DNA of 63,846 bases, filler included, from Craspedostauros australis (GCA_030167865.1; 13 parts of 13 records of this genome joined end to end with filler, not necessarily neighbours in it); one strand, 5' to 3'. Positions 11,207-23,847 are shown, counted from the whole stretch's first letter. Notes: generated by a model from the sequence alone, not told the origin. Program-made: numbers and translations.

Positions 11207-11699
11207 CAGACTATTGCATCATCAATGGAATGTGGAATCTGGAGGATTGTGGAAGGCAAGAGCTGATGTTGACAGGATGTCATCATGTCACCACGTCAAC
11301 AGCTGTCTCCACATCAGATCAAGAAGGCAGAGATTCGATGACGAAGTGACATCGAGATCGTGGATATACAAGGAGGAATTCGGACAAGACATTGGTGATT
11401 ACTCGCAGAGTAGCAGGCCAATAGAGAACGAGATGATGGAGTATATACCAAATACGGAGTACGTATTGTATATGGAATATCGTGTAGTACCAACATGCAA
11501 CATTGAGAGAGAGAATACGAGCAACAGCGAGAGAGTATCTCGCGTGCCGACTTATAGTCGGACCAACAGCAGATACCAGGAGCATTGGGAGACTCCAAGA
11601 GCATTGGACTAGCAACGCAATGAAATAGCAAACATAACCGTAACAACCACTACCGTCACCTACAGTCGCAAGAATATCTATGAGCGGAACTTGCCAACA
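11207..11699 (+). mobile_element. Copia family A LTR, 3' part of a diverged copy in tandem
   Basis: Repeats 10695-11199 with divergence and ends GCGGAACTTGCCAACA. Confidence 0.8.
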
Positions 11700-12531
11700 T
11701 GCATTACGTGAGCTGTGCGCTGCGCACCGCGAAACGCACAGCCAACACATATTTGAGGACCACAAGGGCGCTGCATGAATCGCAATGGCGTCATAAGGTG
11801 AGAATGATGGTGCACCATGGCAAAGAGGAGCAATGATCCAATGGGTGTGAAGGAAGTAGAGTCGCACAGCAGAGTAGCATCTGGGCAGTAGATGGCGAAC
11901 AATGATGACACTATAGTAGAGTCTACAATAATACTGCATTGCACAATCGCACTCTACTGGAGTCAACGCCGCACACTTCTCTCCCGCAAGATGAAGGAGC
12001 ACTACCGCTTAGCAGACACACACACAAACTACCAGATAGACTAACAAGACAACACAAGATGCTGACATGAAGGTATACCCTACAAGACCGATAGAACTGA
12101 AACCGAAGTCGGGATTGATGTCACTTGATGGGAAGAACCCGGATCTATTTTTCCTGTTGGACGAAAAGAGACATTAATAAGTATGTTGGATTTTACCGCT
12201 GCTCTGTCCGTTGGGCATGGCCGGCGGACACATTTCCGCCTGGTCGGCGTGATGGTTGAATCCTTCCCGGCAAGGCACGGGAATTCCGCTGAAACTGGTG
12301 TCCGGATGTTCGTGATCAGTCCCCGATTCAATCGTGTTTAGGACAATTAATCTNNNNNNNNNNNNNNNNNNNNNNNNNNNNNNNNNNNNNNNNNNNNNNN
12401 NNNGATGTTCGTGATCAGTCCCCGATTCAATCGTGTTTAGGACAATTAATCTTTGGTCGATCTTGTCAATCCCACATCGCTGAATTTGTTGTCACCGTTT
12501 AATTAACGTTATAAGCGTTATTCATCAACGA

Positions 12532-12667
12532 AGTACTTTCAACGTTTGTTAAGTACTTTCAACGTTTGTTGAGTACTTTCAACGTTTGTTGAGTACTTTC
12601 AACGTTTGTTGAGTACTTTCAACGTTTGTTCAGTACTTTCAACGTTTGTTCAGTACTTTCAACGTTT
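12532..12667 (+). repeat. 20-bp tandem array AGTACTTTCAACGTTTGTTN x7 (runs into gap)
   Basis: Directly visible 20-bp period. Confidence 0.95.
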
Positions 12668-13761
12668 NNNNNNNNNNNNNNNNNNNNNNNNNNNNNNNNN
12701 NNNNNNNCCCACCAGGCACTGCAACAACCCCGACTCGCAGAGACCACGCTGTTGCGGAGAGCATCCAAACACGAGTCAATCTGGCCAGAAAAAAAAACAC
12801 AAAAACTCCACAACGAGCGCAATCGGTTTGCGGAGCGAGTGGTGGAAAGTAGAGCAATGGTTGTTGTGCTGCTTCTCGCACTTCCTCCTCGCTGACTTCC
12901 TTCTTCTTGATGTTCCCTGCGTCTTGATTGTATGATGGATGATCAGCGATAGATAATCAGTGATAGATGATCAGTCATGGGCGATCAGTGATTGATGATC
13001 AGTGATGGAGGATGGATGATGACNNNNNNNNNNNNNNNNNNNNNNNNNNNNNNNNNNNNNNNNNNNNNNNNNNNNNNNNNNNNNNNNNNNNNNNNNNNNN
13101 NNNNNNNNNNNNNNNNNNNNNNNNNNNNNNNNNNNNNNNNNNNNNNNAGTTTGCACCGTAATCCCGTTTAAACCGTTTCATACATATTGCTGCTTGGTCC
13201 CCTCGATTCGCTGTGGCTTTGCTGACTGTCGGATTGTCACAATTTCGCTTCTTTTGGTATGTACCTGCTGCATGCCCCATGCATGGGCACCACAGGGCGC
13301 TCATCCCATCCACCATTGCTTGGACCCATGGTCGACCATCCACAGGTACTGTCGTGCAGTCTGTTCGTTAAGAACAAGACTTGTTGTGCTTGGACTTCCA
13401 TCTTGGCCCTGATTGTGGCTTTGTGAGCATGTTGGCGAGGTTCGATTCTGTAGGCTCATACGAGACCACCATCACACCTGTTGCACTGCATTTTTGTACG
13501 AAGTGGTATGCGATGGCTCTTGCTTTCTTTCATAGCTGTGACTCTGGGAGTGAGGTGTTGTTCATGACGCTTTGATTGTCAACTCGCATGTCTGCCNNNN
13601 NNNNNNNNNNNNNNNNNNNNNNNNNNNNNNNNNNNNNNNNNNNNNNTAATCAGTGATAGATGATCAGTCATGGGCGATCAGTGATTGATGATCAGTGATG
13701 GAGGATGGATGATGACAAGTTAGCACACGCTTGAAACGATGTTGAGGGTGACAACATCCAA

Positions 13762-14289
13762 TGATTCAAATTATAAGGGTTATCGTGTCGTGTGGGCTTG
13801 TCATTCAATGCTCTATACTCGTACGCTCAGGCGATACCCGAGTTTGCACCGTAATCCCGTTTAAACCGTTTCATACATATTGCTGCTTGGTCCCCTCGAT
13901 TCGCTGTGGCTTTGCTGACTGTCGGATTGTCACAATTTCGCTTCTTTTGGTATGTACCTGCTGCATGCCCCATGCATGGGCACCACAGGGCGCTCATCCC
14001 ATCCACCATTGCTTGGACCCATGGTCGACCATCCACAGGTACTGTCGTGCAGTCTGTTCGTTAAGAACAAGACTTGTTGTGCTTGGACTTCCATCTTGGC
14101 CCTGATTGTGGCTTTGTGAGCATGTTGGCGAGGTTCGATTCTGTAGGCTCATACGAGACCACCATCACACCTGTTGCACTGCATTTTTGTACGAAGTGGT
14201 ATGCGATGGCTCTTGCTTTCTTTCATAGCTGTGACTCTGGGAGTGAGGTGTTGTTCATGACGCTTTGATTGTCAACTCGCATGTCTGCC
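13762..14289 (-). mobile_element. Degenerate 3' end of a CoDi-type Ty1/copia element (RNase H C-terminus, PPT, probable short LTR); duplicated at 13149-13596
   Basis: Minus strand reads VDNQSVMNNTSLPESQL*KKARAIAYHFV...YEPTESNLANMLTKP (copia RNase H end). This is followed by a GAGGGGA PPT near 13890 and a segment ending ...TGAATCA at 13762. Confidence 0.7.
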
Positions 14290-14389
14290 NNNNNNNNNNN
14301 NNNNNNNNNNNNNNNNNNNNNNNNNNNNNNNNNTTAATTAATTAANNNNNNNNNNNNNNNNNNNNNNNNNNNNNNNNNNNNNNNNNNNN

Positions 14390-14866
14390 TGACATCTGGA
14401 GAGCAGAAGGACGCCTACTGACGTCGACAGGATGTCATCATGTCACCACGTCGACATCTGTCTCCAACTCAGAACAGGAGGCGAAGATCCGATGACCGAA
14501 GGGCATCAGCATCATGGATACAGAAGGTGAACTTCAAATGGCGAGTACTCATGGAGTAGGAGCCAGTACTGAATGAACGGAGTGTCGAATACGGAGTACG
14601 TATCGAACACGGAGTATCGTGTGCGACGAGCACACGATGTTGAAAGAGAGAGAATACAGAGAGGAGCGAGAGAGAGCATCTCGCGTACCGACTCATAGTC
14701 GGAGACTGAATCTACGAAACAGATTGAAGCGCCGAGAGCATCGGGCAAGAGAACGNNNNNNNNNNNNNNNNNNNNNNNNNNNNNNGTAATGAAATAGCAA
14801 ACAGACGACTATCAACCAACACCATCTTCCACGATCGTAGGTTACCGTGAGCGGAACTTGCCAACA
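14390..14866 (+). mobile_element. Copia family A LTR (3' part) inserted in a transposase gene
   Basis: Homologous to 10720-11199 and ends GCGGAACTTGCCAACA directly against the transposase frame. Confidence 0.85.
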
Positions 14867-16371
14867 TGGAAGGCAGCGAGTACCGTTCTACAACAATGCT
14901 CCCTATGATCCATGGCACCACGAAGGTGAAGCGTGACAGGTGGGATATGGACTTCTGCATGTTCTGGGAATCAGCTAAGCTGTTTGAGAATATGCAAGTT
15001 GTTCTTGTCCACATGGACGAAAAGTGGTTCTACTCCGTTGTCGCTTGCAAACATCTCAAACATGTGCCGCAGATGGGAGTTAAGCCTGTGAAGCATCCTG
15101 TGCACCACAAGTGCCACATCGAAAAGACCATGGCAATTGCATCAACAGCATTTGCCCCAACAGATAACTGCTTTGAGAAAGGAGGAAAGGCATATCGGGT
15201 CAACTTCCAACGTGTTGGGCGCATGGCTCCAGTGCAGAAGACCACGTACAAGCGAACTTGGGTCTCGCCAACGGAGTACAGGTACATTCATGATGAAAAC
15301 AAAATCTCTCGTGTGAAGGGTGAACTGTACTTCCAACCACTGGAGATCACAGGCAGCAAGGAATCAGTTGGTGCGCCTGATAAGCCCAAGCCGAAGTATA
15401 GGCTCAAGAAATTCTTCCACGAAAAAGAAATCCCTGCATTGGATTCGCTTGCCAACAAAATCAAAGCCGAAACGGGAAAGAACGTGGTGATTCGGTACCA
15501 GATGGATGGCACAGGGCCACACAGAGACACGGAACTACTCAGATTCATCAACGAGCAGTCCGACAGTCGCGGATGGCACCTACGATTGCAACCATCAAAT
15601 TCTCCCATCACGAATGTGAAAGACGATGCGATATTCCCAGCGGTGTCGAAACACGTGTCAGCATATCAAGGTGAGCACCATGGAAGCCGATTGCTCGCCA
15701 CTGACGCATTGTGGAATGCTTGAAAAACCTGCTGGGAGCAATTCGAGTTGGACACAGTGGCTCGCACGTATGTTCGCCACCATCAGATCGCCTACGCAAT
15801 TTGTGCTGCGAAAGGAGGTGACGAATTTGTGACGGAGCGCAAGGGACTGAACATGAACATGTGGAAACAAACGTTCACTGAATTCGACGAGGATGGCAAC
15901 AAGATCGGCGTTATTGTGTCTCACACGGACTTCGCGTTGGAGGAGGATGAGGCAACCAACGATGCTGCCAAGAAACCAGCTGCAACAGGGAACAAAGGCA
16001 AATCAGCTGGCTTCAAATACGCCAAGCCCAACATCAAAGGTATGTACGATGATGCGCTCAAGGTGATGGCTGTCAGTGGACTGCAGTGCCTGAAAACAAA
16101 CCTGCCAACAACCAACAGCCTCATTCCGTTGCTGGAGAAGCAAATCGTTGAGACCATCAAATGCAATAAGGAGACTGAACAACAGAAGAAGGACAAGAAG
16201 AGAAAGAAGCAACCCAGCAAGAGCAAAGTTGAGATTGACGACAACAACAATGACAACAACAACAAGCCAAAGGCAGCACCCTCTCCAAACTCATTCGAGG
16301 TGGCCTGCCTGGCTGGCAAGACCGAGCATCACAGCAAAGCAGAGCAGGACAGCGACACAGCAGAGATGTAG
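14867..16371 (+). pseudogene. Tc1/mariner-superfamily transposase (DD38D), 5'-truncated, one in-frame TGA
   Basis: VHMDEKWFY, YQMDGTGPH and QPSNSPITNVKD motifs. ORFs 14866..15723 and 15748..16371 are in the same frame, separated only by TGA 15721-15723. Confidence 0.85.
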
Positions 16372-17703
16372 CTGCAAATCGGATTATAGGTATTTTTATA
16401 TTTTAGTTATGCTCATGGTTCATGTGGTTGTGTGCACGTCATCTGCTTGATGGCATGGAGGATTGTGATGTGATGTGTGGTGTGTGTTGTTTTTTGTGAT
16501 GTGGATGGTTTTTGTTGTGCCGTGATTGGTGTGCGCTGTCACACGATCGGTGTGTTGTGTTGCGGAGCTGTCACGTTGTGTTGTGGCACTACTGGTGTGT
16601 GCTGCGCAGCCACCATGTTGCGTCGCGGAGGAAGAGTCACACGCTCTTGGACAATTTCACTCGCTGCGTTGTGAGTGGTTTTGCATGACATGGAATCCGT
16701 TCCCTGTGACGTAGAAGACAGATCAGCGAGAGCAATCACGAAATAGCTCTAAATATGCAATCGCCGCTTCTCCCAAAAGCAAGCAAACCAGTGGCAACAA
16801 GGGGCCAAAACTCCACAACTAGTGTTATCGTGAGTGCATCAACTGCGATCTGGAGCTCGTACAACTATGATCTCTTACACAGAACGAGGACATGTATTGC
16901 CATAGTTGTTGAGTAGTTGTTCTGTGTGACATCAACATCAACAGTTCATTGTTTTTGGTGATGTGAAGAATTGTTGGCGCACTTCAATCGTCTGCCTGTC
17001 ATCCGTGGTTGATCGTGTTTGGGGTATTACGATGCCAGTAGGAATGGTTTGGACTTGGTGACAGGTCCAAATAGAATCAATGTGGATGGTTTGTGGTGTG
17101 CGGATCTGTTGATGTTGATGTCGATGTCGATGTTGATGTCAATGTCGATGTAGTTGCTGTTTGTGTTGATGTCGATGCCCATGTCGACGTTGTGTTCTGC
17201 CAGAGATGTGCATGTTTGTGATAGATCTTTGTGTTGGCCATTTCCGTGTTTGGATTCCGATTTGTTCGCATACCTCTAGCTTGACTGTGACTAGTGTGTT
17301 GTCAACGAAGGATGGTTCTCATTCCTTGTTCTTCCACACACATCACACCCACGCTCCATCGACTTTGGTGGTCCCGCCAGTCATGGATACCCTTGTCTCA
17401 ACATGTCCAGATCAGTACCTCTTCCTCTGTTCCACTTCGTCTCATTTCGTTTCATTTCGTTTCGTTCGTACCCAACACTCCGCACAACTCAGACCTGGAC
17501 ACGACAAGGATCTGCATTCCATGTTGACGGTCCTCCTCAACTAGCCATGTATGGCATGAGTCCATGCTCGTACCATGCCAAGAGGCACCATGTGATACCA
17601 TACAACATCCAACCATGCGATACCATTCAACCAATCAAACAATCATCCAATCATCTGATGCCTGTCCAGCAACCCCTTGACAGCTATCAGCCACCATCTC
17701 AAC

Positions 17704-18090
17704 ATGCCAGATGTCTCAAACAAGCAACTCTTTGCTGCTTCCAGCGCTGGTGATCTGTCAGCATTGAAGAAATGAAAGAAGCAGAATGAAAGAGGTGATA
17801 TCAACAAGGCAACAAGCAGCCAGGGCTGCACTCTGCTTCATTACACATGTGCACATGGCAAGCAACAATGAGGATGGTCGCTAAAGACACACATTTGTTG
17901 TTTACCCATGGAGATTCCAGCAAGTTGTTTTGGAAGCCTCAGCTGATGGGAGATGTCCATGCCCTCTGCTGTGGTGGAACAATGAACCACAGATTTGACA
18001 ACAAGCGTATTGCAATGCCCATGATGGAGTTGTGCAAGGTTATGGATGAAGACAAGTGTACTGGGCAAGTCGATTCATTGGAGTGATGGT
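17704..18090 (+). pseudogene. Internally deleted ankyrin-BTB-BACK paralog
   Basis: Starts MPDVSNKQLFAASSAGDLSALKK*KKQNE (cf. 19640 and 33505) and jumps after one ankyrin repeat to the C-terminal MRMVAK...SKL..KPQLMG...MMELCKVMDEDKCTGQVDS segment. Confidence 0.75.
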
Positions 18091-19639
18091 GACAGCTCAC
18101 AGTGGAAATGGCAATCAGTCCACTGATGTGTTGCACATTCCAAGTCACTCATTGGCTCAACACTTCCATGTGCATGCAGTGAAAAGACGATGGCAAGTGT
18201 GCATGTGGTATAGAAGGTGATGCAGGTGATTCACTTCATCATACAATGGATAGCTCACACTTCATGATTTGGTTCAGTTGCGGATAGCAAGATGGGATGA
18301 ATGTACCCATGAGTGGGTGAGGAGCTTGGAATATCAACAGCATTGAACCTCAGTCGCAGCCACTATTGACACTTTCATTGTCATCACATTGTTGGGTCCT
18401 TGCGGTATGCAAGCATTCACCCGATTGTTCGAACCAGCCATGGGGCAGCTGGTGAGCCAACGAGCGAAGAAAGAGCCATACACCTTGCCAATTGTGCTTT
18501 GGTCAAGCTTGATGCAACCAAAGCATACCTTTGCAATACCCTGGAAGATTTCCAACACTTGTGTCCTCATTTCTGCATCTAACAATACTCTGAATGATCA
18601 CTTGATGAAGCTTGTGAATGTTGCGATGACATCTGACTTGACATGTGTGGGTGGTTCTTGATCTGGATTTGGTGCACGATTGGGATCGAGCTGAGCAATA
18701 AGATAGAACAAGAGACAGCGTGCAAGCAGGAGAGCAGCCAAGGGGATGTCATGTGACACCAATTGAAGATTGTCACTGATGTGATCATGTATGTGCTGAT
18801 AGTGAAACTATGCTCACCTGGCTCTACTCTTGCACCATCTTGGATTGCTCCTGTTGGAGTGTGCAAGGCTTGCTTTGGTCCAACCAATTGGTTGGATTTG
18901 CGAATACTCCAGTGTTCAAAGCGATGTGTTTCGTGTGCAATGTATTGGTACCATATGATGCATTGGCATCAAGCCATTGTTTTTCACATCTCAGGACCAA
19001 TTTGCCTCAGGGTGTGTGTGTCTTGAGCAATGCTCCAGCTTGACAACTTGGCCAATGGCATCATTGGATCAAAGATGTGCAGCATTGGCATCAACGTGGA
19101 GACATCGCACACATCTTCAGCATGATGCATGATCTGGCCTCAGCTCTGCCATCTGTAAGCTTCACGTTTCCGCACAAGGCGTGCATTCTCCACCCGAACT
19201 TGTTCAGATGGGGGAATTGAAGCACCAGCGATCGCGCTCATCATCTGGACAGTGTTTGCAGAAGGAAGTGTACCAGGCAGTTGGACGCACACCCTGCTAT
19301 CCAACACAGTTTGGCACAAACAGGGAAGCTTCTGTCGAATGACTCAATGGACTACAGAAAATCGAGTTTGATCGCACACATTCCTTCTTCGTGCTTCTTT
19401 CGTGTTGTTTGTGTGTGTGTGTGTTTGGTGGTGGATGTCGAGACGGATCCGCACCAACCAGAGTGCGATCATGGAACAGAGAAACAGAACGTGCGAACAA
19501 GACAACGACAACCTTGCTATTCCTTGCAACAGTTTGGTCTCATACCATCAGTCAGCATCTTCATCATAAGACCGTGAACACATTGAGCAATCATCCAGCA
19601 ATGCGTTTTCTGCGAAGAGCTCAACAACCAACGACCAAC

Positions 19640-21068
19640 ATGCCGAATGTCTCAGACGGACAACTCCTTGATGCTGCCAACACAGGTGATCTGTTGGTGT
19701 TGAGGGAATGGAAGGAGCAGAATGAAGGATGTGATGTCAACACGGTCAAAGACGAATTTGGCTGGACTCCACTTCATTGGGCATGCTATGGAGGCAGCCT
19801 GGAATGTGTCAAGTACCTCATCGAATCAACCAACGCCGATGTCAACTGCAAAGCCAACGATGGCCACACTCCACTTCACTATGCATGCGTCAACGGCCGC
19901 CTGGAGTGTGTCAAGTACCTCATCGAATCAACCAAGGTCAATATCGACATCCAAAACGACGACAACAAAACACCCGTCGAATTAATCATCGCGAACAATC
20001 AGGTCGAGATGATGAGATCAATCATGAAGCATCTCGGTCATCTCAGTCGTCGCAACTTGCAACTGCAGACGCAGCTGCAAACAGAGATGCAGGTGCGCAA
20101 GCAAAGACACACAAACACCATCACAACACCAACCAAGCACGACAATCCTAAAATCCACACAACAACCAACATCAGCATCGACCAAGATCGTCGCAGCGCT
20201 GTTCGTTCTGAGGCCAAGGCAGACATCACCTTCCTGTGCGGACAAGGCGACGAACAACAGNCAATCAANGCAAACTCCGGAGTCCTCATGGTCACTGTTC
20301 CGTCCATTCAGACATTGATCGACTCGGGAATCCAACATCAGCATGTCGATGACGGCACTGATGACAGCACTGATTCTGCCACTGCCCTCACCCGCAGGCT
20401 CATCCCTCTTCCCAACCATCAACCCAAACATGTCCAACGTGTCCTCGAATNNNNNNNNNNNNNNNNNNNNNNNNNNNNNNNNNNNNNNNNNNNNNNNNNN
20501 CGATCACAGCACTCCGGACAACGATACTGATACCCGCGATGGCGCTCATGACGATGATGATGGCGCTGACCAGCCAACTTCCACTGCCGATAGACAGGAC
20601 GATCTACAACAGCTGATCCTTGTGGCCAACGAGTTCGGCTTCTGGCGACTCAAGCTTGTTCTTGAAGCAGAGTTGGCCCGCACTCATCTCACAGAGGACA
20701 CCATGGTAGATGCGTTGATCTTCGCTGATCAACACAACTGCGTGGTGTTGAAAGATGCAGCAACGAGGATGGCAGCTCGAAACATGCAGACTTTACTTGC
20801 TCGTGAAGATTGCAGCAAGCTGATTCTACATCCCCAACTGATGGGAGGCATTCAGGCCATCTGCAGTGGGAGAGCGGCAAGCAATGAAGTTGATGACGAG
20901 TACAGTGCCATGTCCATGATGGATTTGTACAAGGTCGTGGATGAAAACGAGGGTACAGCACAAGTGGATTCATACATGGATCGTACAACGTTGGTGAACC
21001 TCGTGCGGTCCGTCGCACCTTCCAGGGTGGCTGAGGCCGCTGGCGCTACTGCTGGAGAAGAGGAGTGA
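19640..21068 (+). CDS. Ankyrin repeat - BTB/POZ - BACK-like protein (gap at 20451-20500)
   Basis: GWTPLHWAC..GSLECVKYLI and GHTPLHYAC..GRLECVKYLI ankyrin repeats. ADITFLCG...ANSGVL (BTB start) and LILVANEFGFWRLKLVLEAEL...ALIFADQHNCVVLKDAA (BTB end/BACK). Start chosen by homology to the paralogs. Confidence 0.85.
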
Positions 21069-21179
21069 ATCACAACAACAGTAGACAGAAGTGAGCGCGT
21101 CATGAAGAAGAGGAAATGAATAGGCTGTAATCAGAGAAGTAACTACACTACCGTATTTCGTAAGATAGCTATCAGTGAT

Positions 21180-22124
21180 ACATCCAATGGTGCGCCCGGC
21201 AAGTCTTGGATCTCGCCTTTGGTGACTCGCGCATCATGATGTTCTATGCACGACCGTATCGTTCGCAGCACAGCCTGGCTGGCTGGACAGCAAGGTGTGC
21301 TCTTTGGCCAATACATTGCTGATGATCACGCCGCTGCGTTGCAGATGATCCTGGTTGGTGAACAGCACGTTGGTGTACCATACAGCATCATTGGGCAGTG
21401 CGGCATGACGACGATGGTCTGGCCACCACTGTTGTTGCCGAGATCGTCGTCGCCAATCAAATGCTTTCCGCGTTCGTTGGTTTCAATGATGTGGAAGGAG
21501 TTGTGTGGAAGGAATTGTGTGGAAACGGATGGTGGTATCCGCTGGCGTCATGCATGGATCGTCGTACTCCACTGCAACTTGACGGCGCAGGATGTATGTA
21601 TCGCGACTGTTGGCTTGTGGGTGTTGCTTCCGCCGTTGTTGGATGGCATCACGCAAGGCGCAAGCGCATGCCAGCTGCCACACGGGCCCCAATGTGGCCG
21701 GCAAGGATGGCGAGCCATGGGAAAAGTTGCTGATGCCGCAACAGAAGATTTCTCCGACTTGTGGATCCGATGACACAGTGCCTCCATCTCATCGTTTGCA
21801 GTTGTGGCTGTGATGCATCGCTTTGAGCTTCAGCATGAGCAGGCGTTGGCGGTAATGATGCGCGTAGTGGTGGCGTAGTAGAAGGAGTATCTACTAACAG
21901 CTGATACTACAAGTCCCGAAGAAGCTGCTGCGTCCGATCTCATGAATGCACTCGTCCAGCAGGTATTGAATCTCAGCTGCCGACGGCGCGTCTGGCGTGG
22001 GCGCCGCGATTGTTCATGTGATTGTTTACCTATGCGATTGCCTTGATTTCTTCCTTTCTGATGTCACCGATCGATGCGATGCGTTTGCGATCGCTCCGTG
22101 CGTCATCATCAACATCATCATCAT
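21180..22124 (-). pseudogene. Decayed convergent gene downstream of ankyrin-BTB copy, interrupted by Copia family B
   Basis: Colinear homology to 35240-36290 (e.g. ATCAAATG[C/G]TTTCCGCGTTCGTTGG, GTGGAAGGAGTTGTG). Homology stops at the LTR start 22125. Confidence 0.5.
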
Positions 22125-22294
22125 TGACAATTCTCACAGAATTCCTTACTTCTTACTTCTTTACTAATCCTATTAGTCAAATACTGGTCGGGGGCTGTCT
22201 TCGGACAGCACTCACAAATAAACANCAAGAGCTCCGACCAGGGCACGAAACAACGGGCCAATACGTCTTTCGTAGTTACTTGCACTGTTTGACA
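22125..22294 (+). mobile_element. 5' LTR of Copia family B (170 bp)
   Basis: TGACAA...TTGACA termini with internal AATAAA. Immediately followed by the PBS GATTAAGAGTCGTGC and gag. Confidence 0.7.
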
Positions 22295-22309
22295 GATTAA
22301 GAGTCGTGC
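22295..22309 (+). promoter_or_regulatory. Primer-binding site complementary to the tRNA-Lys(CUU) anticodon arm (half-tRNA priming)
   Basis: The reverse complement GCACGACTCTTAATC contains the GACTCTTAATC anticodon stem-loop of eukaryotic tRNA-Lys(CUU). There is no TGG after the LTR. Confidence 0.65.
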
Positions 22310-22372
22310 TTACCAACACTGAGCAACACCCAACACCACACCACCTTTTTTACCATCTTACGAGTTATCACC

Positions 22373-23770
22373 ATGGACCGGCCAACCAACATCAACACCT
22401 TCAACAAGATCATCCAAGAGCTGGTACAGCTCGATGACGAAGAGATGGCGTTCATCGGCGAGAAACTCGGGAGAATCGATCGTGTCATCCGCAACTCGGA
22501 CGCCACCATCGTGGCAGCCTTGGCGCTCTCGCCAACGCTGTCGTCAATCAACATTACCAACATCCTGCGCATCTTCGCATACGCAAGATCCAACACCATC
22601 ACTGCACGCACCGATTGGGCAGCAATCGGTGTGTTCAAAAAAGCGAACAGCTACGAACCACTGGAAGTCAGCACACCAGTTGCGAACGCAGCTGCTCAGG
22701 TGCGGTCGGAGATGGCGATCAGAGAGGCAGCCGCAGCAGCGGATGCCACTGGAACAACGGGTCGCGAAATCACCGTCAGCTCACCGAGCCGCACGCGACG
22801 CACCCCACGATCACCACGAACCCCACGGACTCCATCAGGATGGAAGTTCGACAAGATCAGCATGCCAGAGGCACCCGAGTTCACCGGGAACAACAGCGAC
22901 TGGTATGACTGGAAGATCGCATTCAAGCGGCAGCTGGTCACATCCAGATACGCAGCGTACCTCGACGTCGACAAGCCATCGCACTTCAGCAAGGAGATCG
23001 ATGCGCAGCTCTACACTGTCTTGCACACCAAGACAGAACAGGGATGCGCGGCATTCATCGTGGAAGCGCATGAACCGAACGGTCATGACGCCTACCAGGC
23101 ACTCATACGCAACTATGAATCCATCGACCACAAAGCTGAGGCCATCGCAGAAGAAGAACAGAAGATCGCCGAGCTCCGTTACAACGGATCAGAGCCCTTC
23201 CCAGTCTTCGTCAATGACTTCTCCAAATGCATCCATGTCATGGAGTAGAACGGAAAGCAGATGACCGACCAGCAGAAGATCGCGAAGTTCTTTCGCAACA
23301 TCACCGACGATCGCTTCACAAGCAAGATGTCCAGATTCCGCAACACGGAACAATCCTTCAACACAATCCGCGAGGCATTCATGCAACATGATGCGCTCCT
23401 CACGAAGTCGGAAGGACACTACTCTCCCAAGCGCAACCGTCGCTACCAGCAGAAGGACACCAAGGACGACCGCAAGAGGCCACGCGAATCCTCCAAGTGG
23501 GATCGCAAGGGCACCGCATCGTTTCGGTTGCCGGACTCCGTCTTCCGTCGCATGCCGGTGAGCACTCAAGTGCTCCTCGTTGAAGCGTCTCGTCACTTCC
23601 GCACCACTGGGAAACCAATCGATGAGGAAACCCTCAAGCGCAACAAGCCAACAGAGTACGCGCGCAACCTCGAGTTGCCCATGACCCAGCGAGGGCCCAA
23701 GCGGCCTCGCACGGGCGATCACAAGACCGGACGACCCGGCACCCAAGGACCATGGAACGCCGGTTCTTGA
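22373..23770 (+). pseudogene. Gag of Copia family B (in-frame TAG at 23246-23248)
   Basis: ORFs 22373..23248 and 23261..23770 share a frame. FTGNNSDWYDWKIAF and NGHDAYQALIRNY are gag-like motifs. Lies between PBS and pol. Confidence 0.8.
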
Positions 23771-23847
23771 CAATCAAAGACGGGCACAACTCGCCGTCAG
23801 TCGGAGATTGTCATCCACCTCAAACCCCGCGACTGTAGGGGGCGAGC

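Noticed and set aside
12955..14289. Tandem duplications flanking gaps (also 25426-25935, 41698-42333, 43030-44547, 62040-63027)
   Set aside because: Each pair straddles an N gap and is identical or nearly so, as expected for unmerged overlaps or haplotypes. Not counted as real domain duplications.
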